DNA of 64,000 nucleotides. Source: Chloroflexota bacterium. GTDB taxonomy: Bacteria; Chloroflexota; UBA6077; SHYK01. Below, in pieces: positions 46,582 through 55,969 of the stretch (its first letter is position 1; every line of letters starts with the position of its first letter). Location of the stretch: NCBI GenBank assembly GCA_035652535.1, contig DASRDP010000082.1, positions 52,384 to 116,383 on the forward strand, given 5' to 3'. Made by a program: the position numbers and the translations under genes. The notes under the pieces are model-generated. The model searched no databases and was not told the origin of the DNA. It saw only the letters and a program-made list of their open reading frames with translations.

Positions 46582-47091
46582 ATGCGCAATTCTCTTCGTG
46601 CTGTCCTCTTGCTGGTGTCCCTCGCAGCGATGACGCTGGCCTGCAGTAGCGCGCCGGACAACTCCGGGTACCGCCCGCCCCGGAACACCGCCCCCACCGC
46701 GCAGCCGACACCCGTCGCCCAGAACATTCCGATGCCATCGGTGAGCGGCGCTGAGACGACGACCGCCTCCGGCCTTCGCTACATCGACGTCGTGGAAGGG
46801 ACGGGCCCCATGCCGCAGGCGGGGCAGACCGTGGATGTCAACTACACGGGGTGGCTCGAGAACGGCCAGATGTTCGACACATCGCAGAAGCGGGGCACGC
46901 CCTTCGAGTTCCGCCTCGGAGCCGGACAGGTCATCAAGGGGTGGGACGAAGGGGTCGCCACGATGAAGGTGGGTGGCAAGCGCCGCCTCATCATCCCGCC
47001 CGACCTCGCCTACGGGGACAAGGGCGGCGGCAGCGCGATTCCCCCTAACGCCACGCTCATCTTCGACGTGGAGCTGGTGAAGGTCAGCTAG
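46582..47091 (+). CDS. FKBP-type peptidyl-prolyl cis-trans isomerase lipoprotein
   Basis: Lipobox 'LACSS' and '[18 protein letters not shown]...[36 protein letters not shown]'. Start is an internal ATG of the track ORF. Confidence 0.85.
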   Translation: MRNSLRAVLLLVSLAAMTLACSSAPDNSGYRPPRNTAPTAQPTPVAQNIPMPSVSGAETTTASGLRYIDVVEGTGPMPQAGQTVDVNYTGWLENGQMFDTSQKRGTPFEFRLGAGQVIKGWDEGVATMKVGGKRRLIIPPDLAYGDKGGGSAIPPNATLIFDVELVKVS

Positions 47092-47332
47092 AGGCGTTGA
47101 TCTGCGCCGAACCGGTCGCGACGCTCCACTCGGGCGCATTCCACGAGATCCGCCCATCCTCGACCTTCCGGCTCGTCACGTTCACCATTCGGCTGCTGAT
47201 CAGGCTCGGCCCGCGCCACCAGGGTCGACGGATCGGGCGCCTCGATGTTCTCGATCGACTGGTACGCGACGTCACGGTAGATGGGGATCGTCGGATCCCG
47301 AATCACGCGTACAGCGGCGTCTCGCACGGCGG

Positions 47333-49060
47333 TCACGGCGCGGCGATCTCCCACTGATACGCGTTCCAGGTCTCGGTAGACCCTTCGGCGCGGCCGTACG
47401 CCTTCTGAATGCGATTCGCGATCATGTTCTGGTCCGTCGCGTACAGGATGCCCAGCGCCGTGACTTGGTCGGCGATGATCGACACGATCTGGTGGGCGAC
47501 CGCCAGACGCTCAGGCAGCGGAATCGTGACGAAGTACTGGTCGATGAGCGTGTCAAATACGGGGCTCGTGTACCGGGAATAATTCGTGCCGCCGGTCCCG
47601 TGGAAATTGTTTTCCGGAAGCCGCGCGGCGCGGCTGTGGAGGTTGGGAAGATCGCGTAAGGTGTTCGGATTGCGGCTCAGCTCGAAAGCCGGAAACTGCG
47701 CGCGATACTCCTGGTCCTGGGCCTGCTGCCGCGAAACGACCACCGTATCGACCCCGACGCCGACGCGCTGCCACGCGTCAGCGATGGCGAGATGGATGCG
47801 CTCGCGGAGGGTGTCGCCCGTCGTGGTCCGGATCTCGACGCGGAGCGGCTGGTTCGCGGCGTCCCGAAGCATTGAATCCGTCCCCGGGCTGTACCCCCTT
47901 GCCTCGATCGCCTGCGCCGCGGCCTGCGGATCGAAGGGGTAGCGCACCACATCCGCGGCCACGGTCTGGTAGTTGGGATCCGTGGGGCTGAGATAGGTGT
48001 GGGCGACGCTGCTCATGCCGGCCACGAACGTATCGACCATGGCCTGGCGATCAATCGCTTCCAGCATGGCGCGGCGAAACCGGACGTCGCCGACGATCGA
48101 TGGGCTCGGATTGATGAACTGGGGCCAGACCATGATCCAGTTCGATGGGCTCGCCACCATGCGTCCGTCCTTCCACTGGTCGCGCATGAGGATCGCCTGC
48201 TCCAGGGACAGGCCGCGGCCGAGGGTGAAGTCGATCGAGCCCGCGAGGACGTTGGCGACCAGCGCGTTTGGATCGGGGATGAACCGCACCTCGATCTCGT
48301 CGATCTTCGGTCGGCCGAGGACGTAGACGTCGCTGGCCTGCAGGGTGATCGACGTCCCCGGTTCCCACGACGCGAGCTTGAACGGTCCGGTCCCGACGAA
48401 CTCCGTCGACCAGTAGGGGAGCTGCGTCAGGGAGCCCTTGTCGTCGCCATAGCTCTCTTGGAGGATGTGCGCCGGGAGCGGCAGGGTGCGGGCCCGCGTC
48501 GCGCCGGCGCGGGTGAAGAGCGCGTCCGCGTCAACGTAGGGCTTGCTCCAGCGAACGACGACGGTCCGCGCGTCCGGCGCGTCGACGCTCGCCACCGAAT
48601 CGAATGCGGGGTCGCGGAGCTCCGGGACCTCGCGATCGTGGGCGACCGCGGCGGTGAAGACGAGATCGGCCGAGGTGAGCGGCTGACCATCGTGCCACCG
48701 CGCACCATCCCGAATTCTGTAGGTCGTCTGCATGCCGCCGTCCGAGAGCAGCGTCCACAAACCGTTTTCGAGGGACGGCACGGCTTCGCCCAGCATGGGG
48801 ATGAGGGACCCGGAGTGGTCGAGGGTGGCGAGCCCGACGTTCACCAGCTCTTCGAGGGCGTCGGATCCGCGCACCGACGGGGCGCTGAGCTTGCTGCTCA
48901 TGACGACCGGGTCGTCCATCATCGTCACGGTGATCCGTCGGGGCGTCGCTGGCGCAGAGGCAGCCGCCCCGCGGCCGGACGGCGTGGCAACCGGTCCGCA
49001 GGCGGTGAGGGCGACCATGAGAGCGAGAGCGGGCACGGCGCGCAAGCGCGGACCGCGCAT
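47333..49060 (-). CDS. ABC transporter substrate-binding protein, family 5 (peptide/nickel/opine type), lipoprotein
   Basis: Lipobox 'LTACG' and SBP_bac_5 core. Start set at the internal 'MRGPRLRAV' ATG. Confidence 0.85.
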   Translation of the reverse strand: MRGPRLRAVPALALMVALTACGPVATPSGRGAAASAPATPRRITVTMMDDPVVMSSKLSAPSVRGSDALEELVNVGLATLDHSGSLIPMLGEAVPSLENGLWTLLSDGGMQTTYRIRDGARWHDGQPLTSADLVFTAAVAHDREVPELRDPAFDSVASVDAPDARTVVVRWSKPYVDADALFTRAGATRARTLPLPAHILQESYGDDKGSLTQLPYWSTEFVGTGPFKLASWEPGTSITLQASDVYVLGRPKIDEIEVRFIPDPNALVANVLAGSIDFTLGRGLSLEQAILMRDQWKDGRMVASPSNWIMVWPQFINPSPSIVGDVRFRRAMLEAIDRQAMVDTFVAGMSSVAHTYLSPTDPNYQTVAADVVRYPFDPQAAAQAIEARGYSPGTDSMLRDAANQPLRVEIRTTTGDTLRERIHLAIADAWQRVGVGVDTVVVSRQQAQDQEYRAQFPAFELSRNPNTLRDLPNLHSRAARLPENNFHGTGGTNYSRYTSPVFDTLIDQYFVTIPLPERLAVAHQIVSIIADQVTALGILYATDQNMIANRIQKAYGRAEGSTETWNAYQWEIAAP

Positions 49061-49239
49061 GGGGCCTCCCAGACGAAGATACCGACCGCAGCATGGCGGG
49101 CTTGGGCCAGAGTATCCGCGTCCGCGCCCGGGGGTCAAGCGAACCCGTGATGCGCGCGTCGTCCCAGATTGGGAGAACGAACGCCGGCTCCACGCGTCCG
49201 TCCGCCACACGGCGACGCCGCGGGCGGGCGGTTGGCGTC

Positions 49240-49701
49240 CTAACCCAGCGCTTTCAGCGCCTTCGTCGGACTCTCGGGCGCCTTCACGTTGTAGGCGACT
49301 TCGGCCAGCTTCCCGTTCTCGTCGATGACGAAGTGGCTCCGGACGATCCCCATGTACTTCTTGCCCATCATGGACTTTTGCTGCCAAACGCCGTACGCCT
49401 CGGCAATGGCATGGTCCCTGTCGACGAGAAGCGGAAACGGCAGGCCGAACTTGTCGCGAAACTTCACGTGTGACTGAGCGCTATCCGGGCTGACGCCCAG
49501 GACGACCGCGTTCTTCTGGCTGATGGCCGCGTAATGGTCGCGAAACCCGCACGCCTGGGTCGTGCATCCGGGCGTATTGTCCTTGGGGTAAAAGTAGATG
49601 ATGACCCGTCTTCCGCGCAGGTCACGCAGGCGGATCGTGTTGCCCTTCTCGTCGGCTGCCTCGAAATCGGGCGCCAGGTCCCCCACCTTCAGCTCCGCCA
49701 T
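49240..49701 (-). CDS. bcp: thiol peroxidase Bcp (peroxiredoxin Q)
   Basis: 'FYPKDNTPGCTTQACGFRD'. AAAGGAGG RBS 8 nt upstream. Confidence 0.9.
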   Translation of the reverse strand: MAELKVGDLAPDFEAADEKGNTIRLRDLRGRRVIIYFYPKDNTPGCTTQACGFRDHYAAISQKNAVVLGVSPDSAQSHVKFRDKFGLPFPLLVDRDHAIAEAYGVWQQKSMMGKKYMGIVRSHFVIDENGKLAEVAYNVKAPESPTKALKALG

Positions 49702-49751
49702 GCGGATCAGCCTCCTTTTCGTTGGTTTGTATTTGGCCGGCGATCATTCTA

Positions 49752-49831
49752 GGGCAGCGTCTGCCCGTTCGCCTTGAACCCGTCGACGGGCACAACAGGA
49801 TCGGCCGTTCGCCCTGAGCGCGTCGACGGGC
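49752..49831. repeat. GGGCAG-cgt-CTGCCC hairpin followed by two tandem ~29-bp direct repeats (period 40 bp), each with a GTCGAC-centred palindrome
   Basis: Copy 1 at 49763-49791 is 'gcccgttcgccttgaacccgtcgacgggc'. Copy 2 at 49803-49831 is 'ggccgttcgccctgagcgcgtcgacgggc'. They are 25/29 identical. Copy 1 holds the perfect 12-bp palindrome CCCGTCGACGGG. Confidence 0.55.
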
Positions 49832-49897
49832 GTGAGCCTGTGGCAGGGCGCAGCACCGCCAGTTTTCGGCGAATTCCTGGACGCGCAGATCAGGTTC

Positions 49898-51325
49898 TCA
49901 CCCGGGGGCGGCAAGCTCGCGGGGCGCGCGCGATGGCGTGGCGACGACCTGTTCGACCGGCCCTCTGAGTCCGCGGCTGCGGCTCATCGGCACGAGAAGC
50001 GCCAGCAGCGCGGCAGCGCTGACCCCGACCGCGAGGGGCGCGCCCCACAGATCGGCGGCGATCCCCATCGGCAGCGAGCCGACGCGCCACGAGCCCCACG
50101 TGCACAGCATGAAGAGGCTCATCACGCGCCCGCGAATCCGCTCGTCGATCACCTCCTGCAGCACGGTGTTGATGATGGTGGTCGATGAGCTCTGGCAGGC
50201 CCCGACCACAAAAAGAAGCGCCAGCGCGGCCGGGAAGTTCCGCGTCACACAGAAGGCGATGAGGGCGACGGCAAGGCCAAGGGCGGTCGCGATAAAGGTT
50301 CGGACCAGGGGAATGCGACCGGCGACCGCGAGCAGCGCGCCCGAGACGATTGTCCCGACGGCCGGCAGCGTGAGCATCACGCCGAGTCCCTCCGGTCCAA
50401 CGTCGAACACGTCCCGCGCGAACACGGGCATGAAGTTCGCGTAGGGCCGGGCCAGAAACGTCACCACCGCGACGCTGATGAGAAGGGTGCGCACATGTTG
50501 GTCGCGCCACGCGAAGGCCATTCCCTCGCGAATGTCACTCCAGCCGGAGGCCTGGCTCACGCGAGGCGGCATCGGCGGCAGGCGAACGGCGAGGATCGCC
50601 GCGAGGCTGACGAAATCGCTCGCCACGTTGATGTTGAAGCTCCCCGGCAGGCCCCAGATGGCAAGGATGACGCCGGCCAGGGCCGGTCCAACGACGGCCG
50701 CTCCCTGCCAGGTAACTGAGTTCAATGCCATGGCCGACAGGAGGTCCCGCTTGGGCACGAGGCTGGGAATGAACGCCTGCCGACCTGGTGTGGCGAAGGC
50801 GCTGATGGTGGCGGAGACGACTGAGTACGTGAAGACGTGCCAGACCTCGATTCGGCCAGTCATCACGAGCCACGCCAGGAGCGCGTCGGGGATGATCTGC
50901 ACCACATACGAGGCCACAGTGAGGCGATACCGATCGACCCGGTCCGCGATGATCCCGCCCACGAGTGCGAAGGCGAGGATGGGGACGGCCTGAACGACGG
51001 CGTTGAACCCGAGGAGCGCCGGCGAGTTCGTGAGCTGGAGGACGAGCCAGCCCGTCGCCACCATTTGCATCCAGGTGCCGACGTTGGTGGTGACCTGACT
51101 GATCCAGTACCAGGTGAAATTGGGCGACCGGAACGCCCCCAATCGGGCCACGCGGTCCTGTTCGGTCAGTTCGTCCACGCGCGCTCCACGAGCAAGGATG
51201 AGGCGGAGTTGACGTCCCGGGCCGCCAGCGGGCAGCGGCCGCCAGGAGTAATCGTAGTGGCTGGCTTTGTGACGCGGCAAACGCACCCCGTCTGCTCCCC
51301 AAGGGCTTGTCACAAAGCAGGCCAC
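49898..51325 (-). CDS. MFS transporter
   Basis: 12 predicted TM segments and 'GGIIADRVDRYR' motif-A-like loop. Confidence 0.8.
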   Translation of the reverse strand: MACFVTSPWGADGVRLPRHKASHYDYSWRPLPAGGPGRQLRLILARGARVDELTEQDRVARLGAFRSPNFTWYWISQVTTNVGTWMQMVATGWLVLQLTNSPALLGFNAVVQAVPILAFALVGGIIADRVDRYRLTVASYVVQIIPDALLAWLVMTGRIEVWHVFTYSVVSATISAFATPGRQAFIPSLVPKRDLLSAMALNSVTWQGAAVVGPALAGVILAIWGLPGSFNINVASDFVSLAAILAVRLPPMPPRVSQASGWSDIREGMAFAWRDQHVRTLLISVAVVTFLARPYANFMPVFARDVFDVGPEGLGVMLTLPAVGTIVSGALLAVAGRIPLVRTFIATALGLAVALIAFCVTRNFPAALALLFVVGACQSSSTTIINTVLQEVIDERIRGRVMSLFMLCTWGSWRVGSLPMGIAADLWGAPLAVGVSAAALLALLVPMSRSRGLRGPVEQVVATPSRAPRELAAPG

Positions 51326-51342
51326 CCCACGGCGTTTGAGGA

Positions 51343-53268
51343 ATGGTCATCCCGAGGGCAAAGCCCGAGGGATCTCATCTTGGCGAGGTGCTTCGCTGCG
51401 CTCAGCATGTCATTTCTTCGGCGGCGCAGAGTCCGGCGACGGCGGGCGTTCAACTTGTGCAGTCGTTCAGGTTGACGCGCGCGCGGCGGGCAATCGATGA
51501 TGTCACCACCAACGACGGACAGATCCCATTGAATCGGAGCGCTTCTGTGCCATCGGCCCGCAAGCTGGCCGGGCTCGCTATCCTCGGGGTTGCGCTGCTC
51601 GCCGCGTGCGCCCCGTCGGTCCCCGCGCGCGGTCCTGGGTCCGGCTCCACGAGCGGAGGCACCGTGACGCGCGAGCAGAAGACGCTCACCATCGCCGCCA
51701 AGCGCGAGCTGAAGAGCTTCGCCCGGTTCACGGGGGCGGCCGCCGGCGGCGGCTCGCCCGGCGCTGGCAACAACTCCATCGCCAAGATCGCCCACAACTA
51801 TCTCGCCGTGCGAGACGGGAGCAGCGAGGAGTTCCACCCGCAGCTCGCTCTCGCCCTGCCATCCGTCGAAGATGGCACGTGGGTCGTCAACGGCGACGGA
51901 ACGATGGACACGACGTGGCGGCTGCGGAGCGGAGTCAGCTGGCACGACGGAACGCCCTTTACGGCTGACGATCTCGTCTTCGGCCTCCGGCTCTTCAGCG
52001 ACACGGAGTTTCCGGTGCCGCCGACCGAGCACGTGCGCCAGATGCAGTCGGCGACCGCGCCGGACCCGACGACCTTCGTGATCCATTGGGCCTCGCTGGC
52101 GGCGACCGGGGCTGACCCTACTGACGTGGACCCGCTGCCCAAGCACCTGCTCGGGGCGCTCTACCAGACCGACAAAATGGCGATCCTGACCACGCCGCTG
52201 CTCACGAGCCAGTTCGTGGGCCTCGGTCCGTTCCGCGTCGTGGACTGGACGGAAGGCGTCGGCGTCACCTTCGAGCGGTTCGACGACTATTACCTCGGGC
52301 GCGCGCCCATCGACCGCGTTATCGTCCGATACGTGGCGGATGCGAACGCCATGCTCGCCGGCGTGCTCGCCGGCGCGGTCGACGTGGTGCTCTCTCCGAG
52401 TGTCGAGCTGGACACGGCGGCGGAGCTGAAGCAGCGATGGGAGGGGACGGGAAATCGCGTGCTCACATCGCTGTCCGGGTCGCAGCAGTTCCTCCGCCCG
52501 CAATTCCGAACGGAGCTGGCCCAGCCCCACAACGGATCGCCGAACCTCACGGTTCGCCGTGCGCTGCTCCATGCGATCGACCGCGTCGCCGTGGCCGAGG
52601 CGAGCAGCAACGGCCTCGCTCCGCCCGCCGACAGCTGGTTCGCGCCGAGCTCGCCACTGCGTCCGGAGGTCGAGTCCTCCATTCCGCAATATCCCTACGA
52701 CCTCGCTCGGGCCCGGCAGCTCCTAGCGGACGCCGGGTGGGCCCCTGGTCCCGACGGCGTCCTGGTCGACGGGGCGAGTGGCGAGCGGTTCGAGAGCAGG
52801 ATCGCCGGCCGCCCGGCGACCGGGGCCGACCGAACGCTCGCCGTGGTCGCGGACGGTTGGAAGCCGCTCGGGATCGACGTGGGAATCGAGATCCTCTCGC
52901 CGGCGGCGGCCGCCGATCGCAAGACCATGGGGAGCGAGCCGCTCGCGCTCCTCAGCTCGTTCCCGGCCTCGCCCACCATGCTGCCCCCCATGCATTCGTC
53001 GCTCCTCGCCTCGGACGCCAATCGCTGGACCGGAACGAACTTTCAGGGCTACAGCAATCCGCGCGTCGACGCCCTCATCGACCGCGTCAACGCCACCATC
53101 GACCCGCGCGACCAGATTCCGCTCCATCGCCAGCTTATCCAGGAAGCGATGAACGACGTGGCGCTGATGCCGCTGTACTGGGAGGTCGCGCCGACCTTGA
53201 TCGCGAAGGGCGTCAGCGGTGTCGTTGCCGACAACACGTGGAACATCTTCGAGTGGGACAAGGGATGA
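51343..53268 (+). CDS. ABC transporter substrate-binding protein, family 5, lipoprotein
   Basis: Lipobox 'LLAAC' ~65 codons into the ORF; the real start is likely an internal GTG. SBP_bac_5 core 'SGVSWHDGTPFTADDLVF'. Confidence 0.8.
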   Translation: MVIPRAKPEGSHLGEVLRCAQHVISSAAQSPATAGVQLVQSFRLTRARRAIDDVTTNDGQIPLNRSASVPSARKLAGLAILGVALLAACAPSVPARGPGSGSTSGGTVTREQKTLTIAAKRELKSFARFTGAAAGGGSPGAGNNSIAKIAHNYLAVRDGSSEEFHPQLALALPSVEDGTWVVNGDGTMDTTWRLRSGVSWHDGTPFTADDLVFGLRLFSDTEFPVPPTEHVRQMQSATAPDPTTFVIHWASLAATGADPTDVDPLPKHLLGALYQTDKMAILTTPLLTSQFVGLGPFRVVDWTEGVGVTFERFDDYYLGRAPIDRVIVRYVADANAMLAGVLAGAVDVVLSPSVELDTAAELKQRWEGTGNRVLTSLSGSQQFLRPQFRTELAQPHNGSPNLTVRRALLHAIDRVAVAEASSNGLAPPADSWFAPSSPLRPEVESSIPQYPYDLARARQLLADAGWAPGPDGVLVDGASGERFESRIAGRPATGADRTLAVVADGWKPLGIDVGIEILSPAAAADRKTMGSEPLALLSSFPASPTMLPPMHSSLLASDANRWTGTNFQGYSNPRVDALIDRVNATIDPRDQIPLHRQLIQEAMNDVALMPLYWEVAPTLIAKGVSGVVADNTWNIFEWDKG

Positions 53269-53341
53269 TTCTTAGTCAATTCTTAGAAGATGCTATAGTG
53301 GCGGCGGTCATGTGTGATACTGGCGCAGCCCGCTCCTGGAG

Positions 53342-54187
53342 ATGAGCATGGACCCCGTGCCCGCCGCCCCGTGCCACCGAAGCCTCTCGGCATTCTTTCC
53401 GTGTTTCAACGACGCGGGGACCATCGCCTCGATGGTCATGGAAGCCCTCACCGTCATGCCCGAGCTGACCGATGACTACGAGGTCGTCGTCATCGAGAAC
53501 GGCAGCACCGACTATGCCTGGGACGTGCTGGACGAGCTGGAGCGGCTCTACGGCGAGAACGGTGTCGACCCGCAACATCGCGGCCGGGTGCGCACGATCC
53601 GATTCAGCCAGGCGCTGGACTACGGCGGCGCACTCCGCGCCGGCTTCGCGTCGTGTCGCGGCGACCTGATCTTCTACACGGACGGAGACGGCCAGTACGA
53701 CGTTCGCGAGCTGCGCGCTTTGTGGGAAGCGCTCCTCCGCGAGGAAGGGGCCGGGCGGCAGGTCGACGTGGTCATGGGGAACAAGATCACCCGGCGGGAC
53801 CCGCTCCACCGGCGGCTCATTAGCTGGGCGTACCACCATTCGATGGCGTTCGTGTTCCAATTCAAGGTGCACGACGTGGACTGCGACTTTCGGCTCATCA
53901 AGCGCCACGTGTTCGACCGCGTGCTCCTGACTCAGAACACGGGCGCCATCGCCCTCGAGCTGATGACGAAGGTGCAGATGGCCGGCTTCCGCACGGTGGA
54001 GGTGCCCGTTGATCACTTCCATCGGGCGTACGGCGTCTCACAGTTCTTCCACGTGCGGCGCCTGATCGCCGTCGCGATCAGCCTCGCGAAGCTCTGGTGG
54101 TGGCTGCGCGTTCAGAATGCACCCGGTTCCCCTGCGCCGCTGCCGGAGCCGCTCCCGCCCGGCGCCCCGCGGCCGGTGGTGAACTGA
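53342..54187 (+). CDS. family 2 glycosyltransferase (polyprenyl-phosphate sugar synthase-like)
   Basis: 'FFPCFNDAG...VVIENGSTD...DGDGQYD' GT-A DXD architecture. Confidence 0.8.
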   Translation: MSMDPVPAAPCHRSLSAFFPCFNDAGTIASMVMEALTVMPELTDDYEVVVIENGSTDYAWDVLDELERLYGENGVDPQHRGRVRTIRFSQALDYGGALRAGFASCRGDLIFYTDGDGQYDVRELRALWEALLREEGAGRQVDVVMGNKITRRDPLHRRLISWAYHHSMAFVFQFKVHDVDCDFRLIKRHVFDRVLLTQNTGAIALELMTKVQMAGFRTVEVPVDHFHRAYGVSQFFHVRRLIAVAISLAKLWWWLRVQNAPGSPAPLPEPLPPGAPRPVVN

Positions 54188-54259
54188 CGGTCGGAAACGG
54201 GAACGGGCCCGCCGTCTCCTCGTCAACGTTACGATCCGCATCCGCAGAGAAGCGCGGGA

Positions 54260-55090
54260 TCAATGCGAGTCGTGGCCTCTTGGGGTCTCGCCTCGGGACG
54301 GCAATCCTGGCTGGTCGTGTGTCAAGAAGTCGAGTAGTCGCTGGCGCTCCGACCACGCGATCACTGCATCCGCGTAGTTTTGCAAGACGTGGGCGGGAAT
54401 TCCTTCCCAGACGGCGCTCGCGCGTTCACCGCGATCGTCAAGCACCGCGATGCCTTGCGCCTCGGGATGGACGCGCTTGATATCACCCCATTTGAATACC
54501 AGGCGCTCGGCCTTTGCCTGCGCTGAGCTCTTGCTGCTTGCCGATACAGGATCAACGAGGCGATTGCCTCTACTGTTGAGATGAAAAGCTACCTGGTGGT
54601 CCTTGGTCGCCCCAGCAATCGAATACCCGCGGTCATACTGGAGAGAACCGGCGATCAGGAGCTTCTCTACCTCGTCGGAAAAGTTCGTGACTGCGCGCTC
54701 GGCACGACGAAAGACAAGGCATGAGGCCTCATGAGCAGCCGAAATTACGTGCTCAAGTGCCTCTCCAGCCTGATTCGCGGCCACGATTGCCACAAGCTCG
54801 CCATCCTCGAAGCCCACTGCAAAGCGACGCGCAATCCGATGCACCTGACGGAGGTGGTTCGGATTCTTGAAGATTTCCAGCCCATTAGCGAAGAGGTAGT
54901 CGATGGACTCTCCGGCATCTGATATCCGCAGCCGCCCGTCTGGGTCTTGGGCCACGGTGATCTCGATTGCCTCACCGTCCGGGCGGGAAAACGGGCAGAT
55001 GATGACACAGTATTCACCAAACTGCTCGCTCCGAAAGCTCCCGCGCAGCCTGGATATGAACTCATCAACCGCATTGGTGCAGGCGCTCAT
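54260..55090 (-). CDS. hypothetical protein, third gene of the low-GC cassette (possibly DUF1828/DUF1829-like; uncertain)
   Basis: 276-aa ORF in a region clearly lower in GC than its flanks. Its ATG overlaps the stop of the upstream gene (ATGA). The track ORF extends 18 codons further, to 55144. Confidence 0.5.
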   Translation of the reverse strand: MSACTNAVDEFISRLRGSFRSEQFGEYCVIICPFSRPDGEAIEITVAQDPDGRLRISDAGESIDYLFANGLEIFKNPNHLRQVHRIARRFAVGFEDGELVAIVAANQAGEALEHVISAAHEASCLVFRRAERAVTNFSDEVEKLLIAGSLQYDRGYSIAGATKDHQVAFHLNSRGNRLVDPVSASSKSSAQAKAERLVFKWGDIKRVHPEAQGIAVLDDRGERASAVWEGIPAHVLQNYADAVIAWSERQRLLDFLTHDQPGLPSRGETPRGHDSH

Positions 55091-55515
55091 GGACTCCTTG
55101 GCATCAACTGGAACTGATACGTACCTGTATAGCGGATTTTGCACTCGGCGAGGAAATCAAGCAGCGCTTGATCCGGGTTGTCCCAGTGCATGTCGTCCGG
55201 CACGTATGCCCAGCCGTCCTCGTCGTTCTCGTCCCACCGGTGTTTGTGGGGCTCTCCGATGTGCTGCCCATCGGGGTTCGTATGCTGAAAATGGAGCGTG
55301 GCTTTGCGAATCGGCACACCCCGCCACAGGAGCGCGTAGCTGTAGTTCGTCTTGCCGCGGACGCCTTTGAAGTCGAGCAGTTCGGACGTGTCGGGGGCCA
55401 ACACACGTGCCTCTAGGTAAAGGCGACCCTTCGCGCTGGAGCGCGAACTCCAGCGAAGCGTGCTGGTGATCACTTTGTCCGCTTTTAGAATGGCCTCGAC
55501 CTCCGCGTTCGTCAC
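55087..55515 (-). CDS. hypothetical protein, middle gene of the low-GC cassette
   Basis: 142 aa with GTG start overlapping the stop of the upstream ORF (GTGA). His/Asp/Trp-rich C-terminal half 'HFQHTNPDGQHIGEPHKHRWDENDEDGWAY'. Confidence 0.45.
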   Translation of the reverse strand: MTNAEVEAILKADKVITSTLRWSSRSSAKGRLYLEARVLAPDTSELLDFKGVRGKTNYSYALLWRGVPIRKATLHFQHTNPDGQHIGEPHKHRWDENDEDGWAYVPDDMHWDNPDQALLDFLAECKIRYTGTYQFQLMPRSP

Positions 55516-55847
55516 TGGCTGGACGGAGTCGCGAAGCTCGCGGGAAACCCCACCGTGTCGACCGCAAGCTGCCTGCCATCACGGAGGCGAAACGGGGCGG
55601 TGATCACTGAGCGGGCCTCGCTGAAGCCCATACCTTCTCCAAATGGGCTTAGAGCTTCTCTGACTCCCAGGAACACTTCGATCTTGCCGGGTTGCTTCCG
55701 CAGATGTTGAGGTGTCATTTTACCGTCGCCGAGAATATCCCGCGCTAACGTGGCGAATGACACTCGCCCAGCGCTTGCCGTGTCAAACTTTGAGCCGCTC
55801 CGTTGGCATTGTCTATTCCACGCACCCGTCGCGAGCTTGACTCGCAA
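55512..55847 (-). CDS. hypothetical small protein, first gene of the cassette (TTG start; may begin at an internal ATG, giving 68 aa)
   Basis: ORF translationally coupled to the next gene. No recognisable motif. Confidence 0.3.
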   Translation of the reverse strand: MRVKLATGAWNRQCQRSGSKFDTASAGRVSFATLARDILGDGKMTPQHLRKQPGKIEVFLGVREALSPFGEGMGFSEARSVITAPFRLRDGRQLAVDTVGFPASFATPSSQ

Positions 55848-55895
55848 TCGAGTGCGCGGGCTGTCGCAGCCGCGGCGGTGATGGCGCGCGTTTCG

Positions 55896-55942
55896 TTGAC
55901 TGCTTCCCGCCCGACCCCTATACTCGCGGCAGAACGGGCCGC
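55896..55942 (+). promoter_or_regulatory. sigma70-like promoter TTGACT-N17-TATACT upstream of the cupin gene
   Basis: 'TTGACTgcttcccgcccgaccccTATACT', ~35 nt before the AAAGGAG RBS and ATG of the cupin ORF. Confidence 0.45.
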
Positions 55943-55969
55943 ATGAGCGCGTGCGCGAAAGGAGCAGCC

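Noticed and set aside
47088-47354. 88-aa minus-strand ORF downstream of the family-5 binding-protein gene
   Set aside because: The binding protein already ends with a complete C-terminus. The small ORF has no motif and sits in the convergent terminator region.
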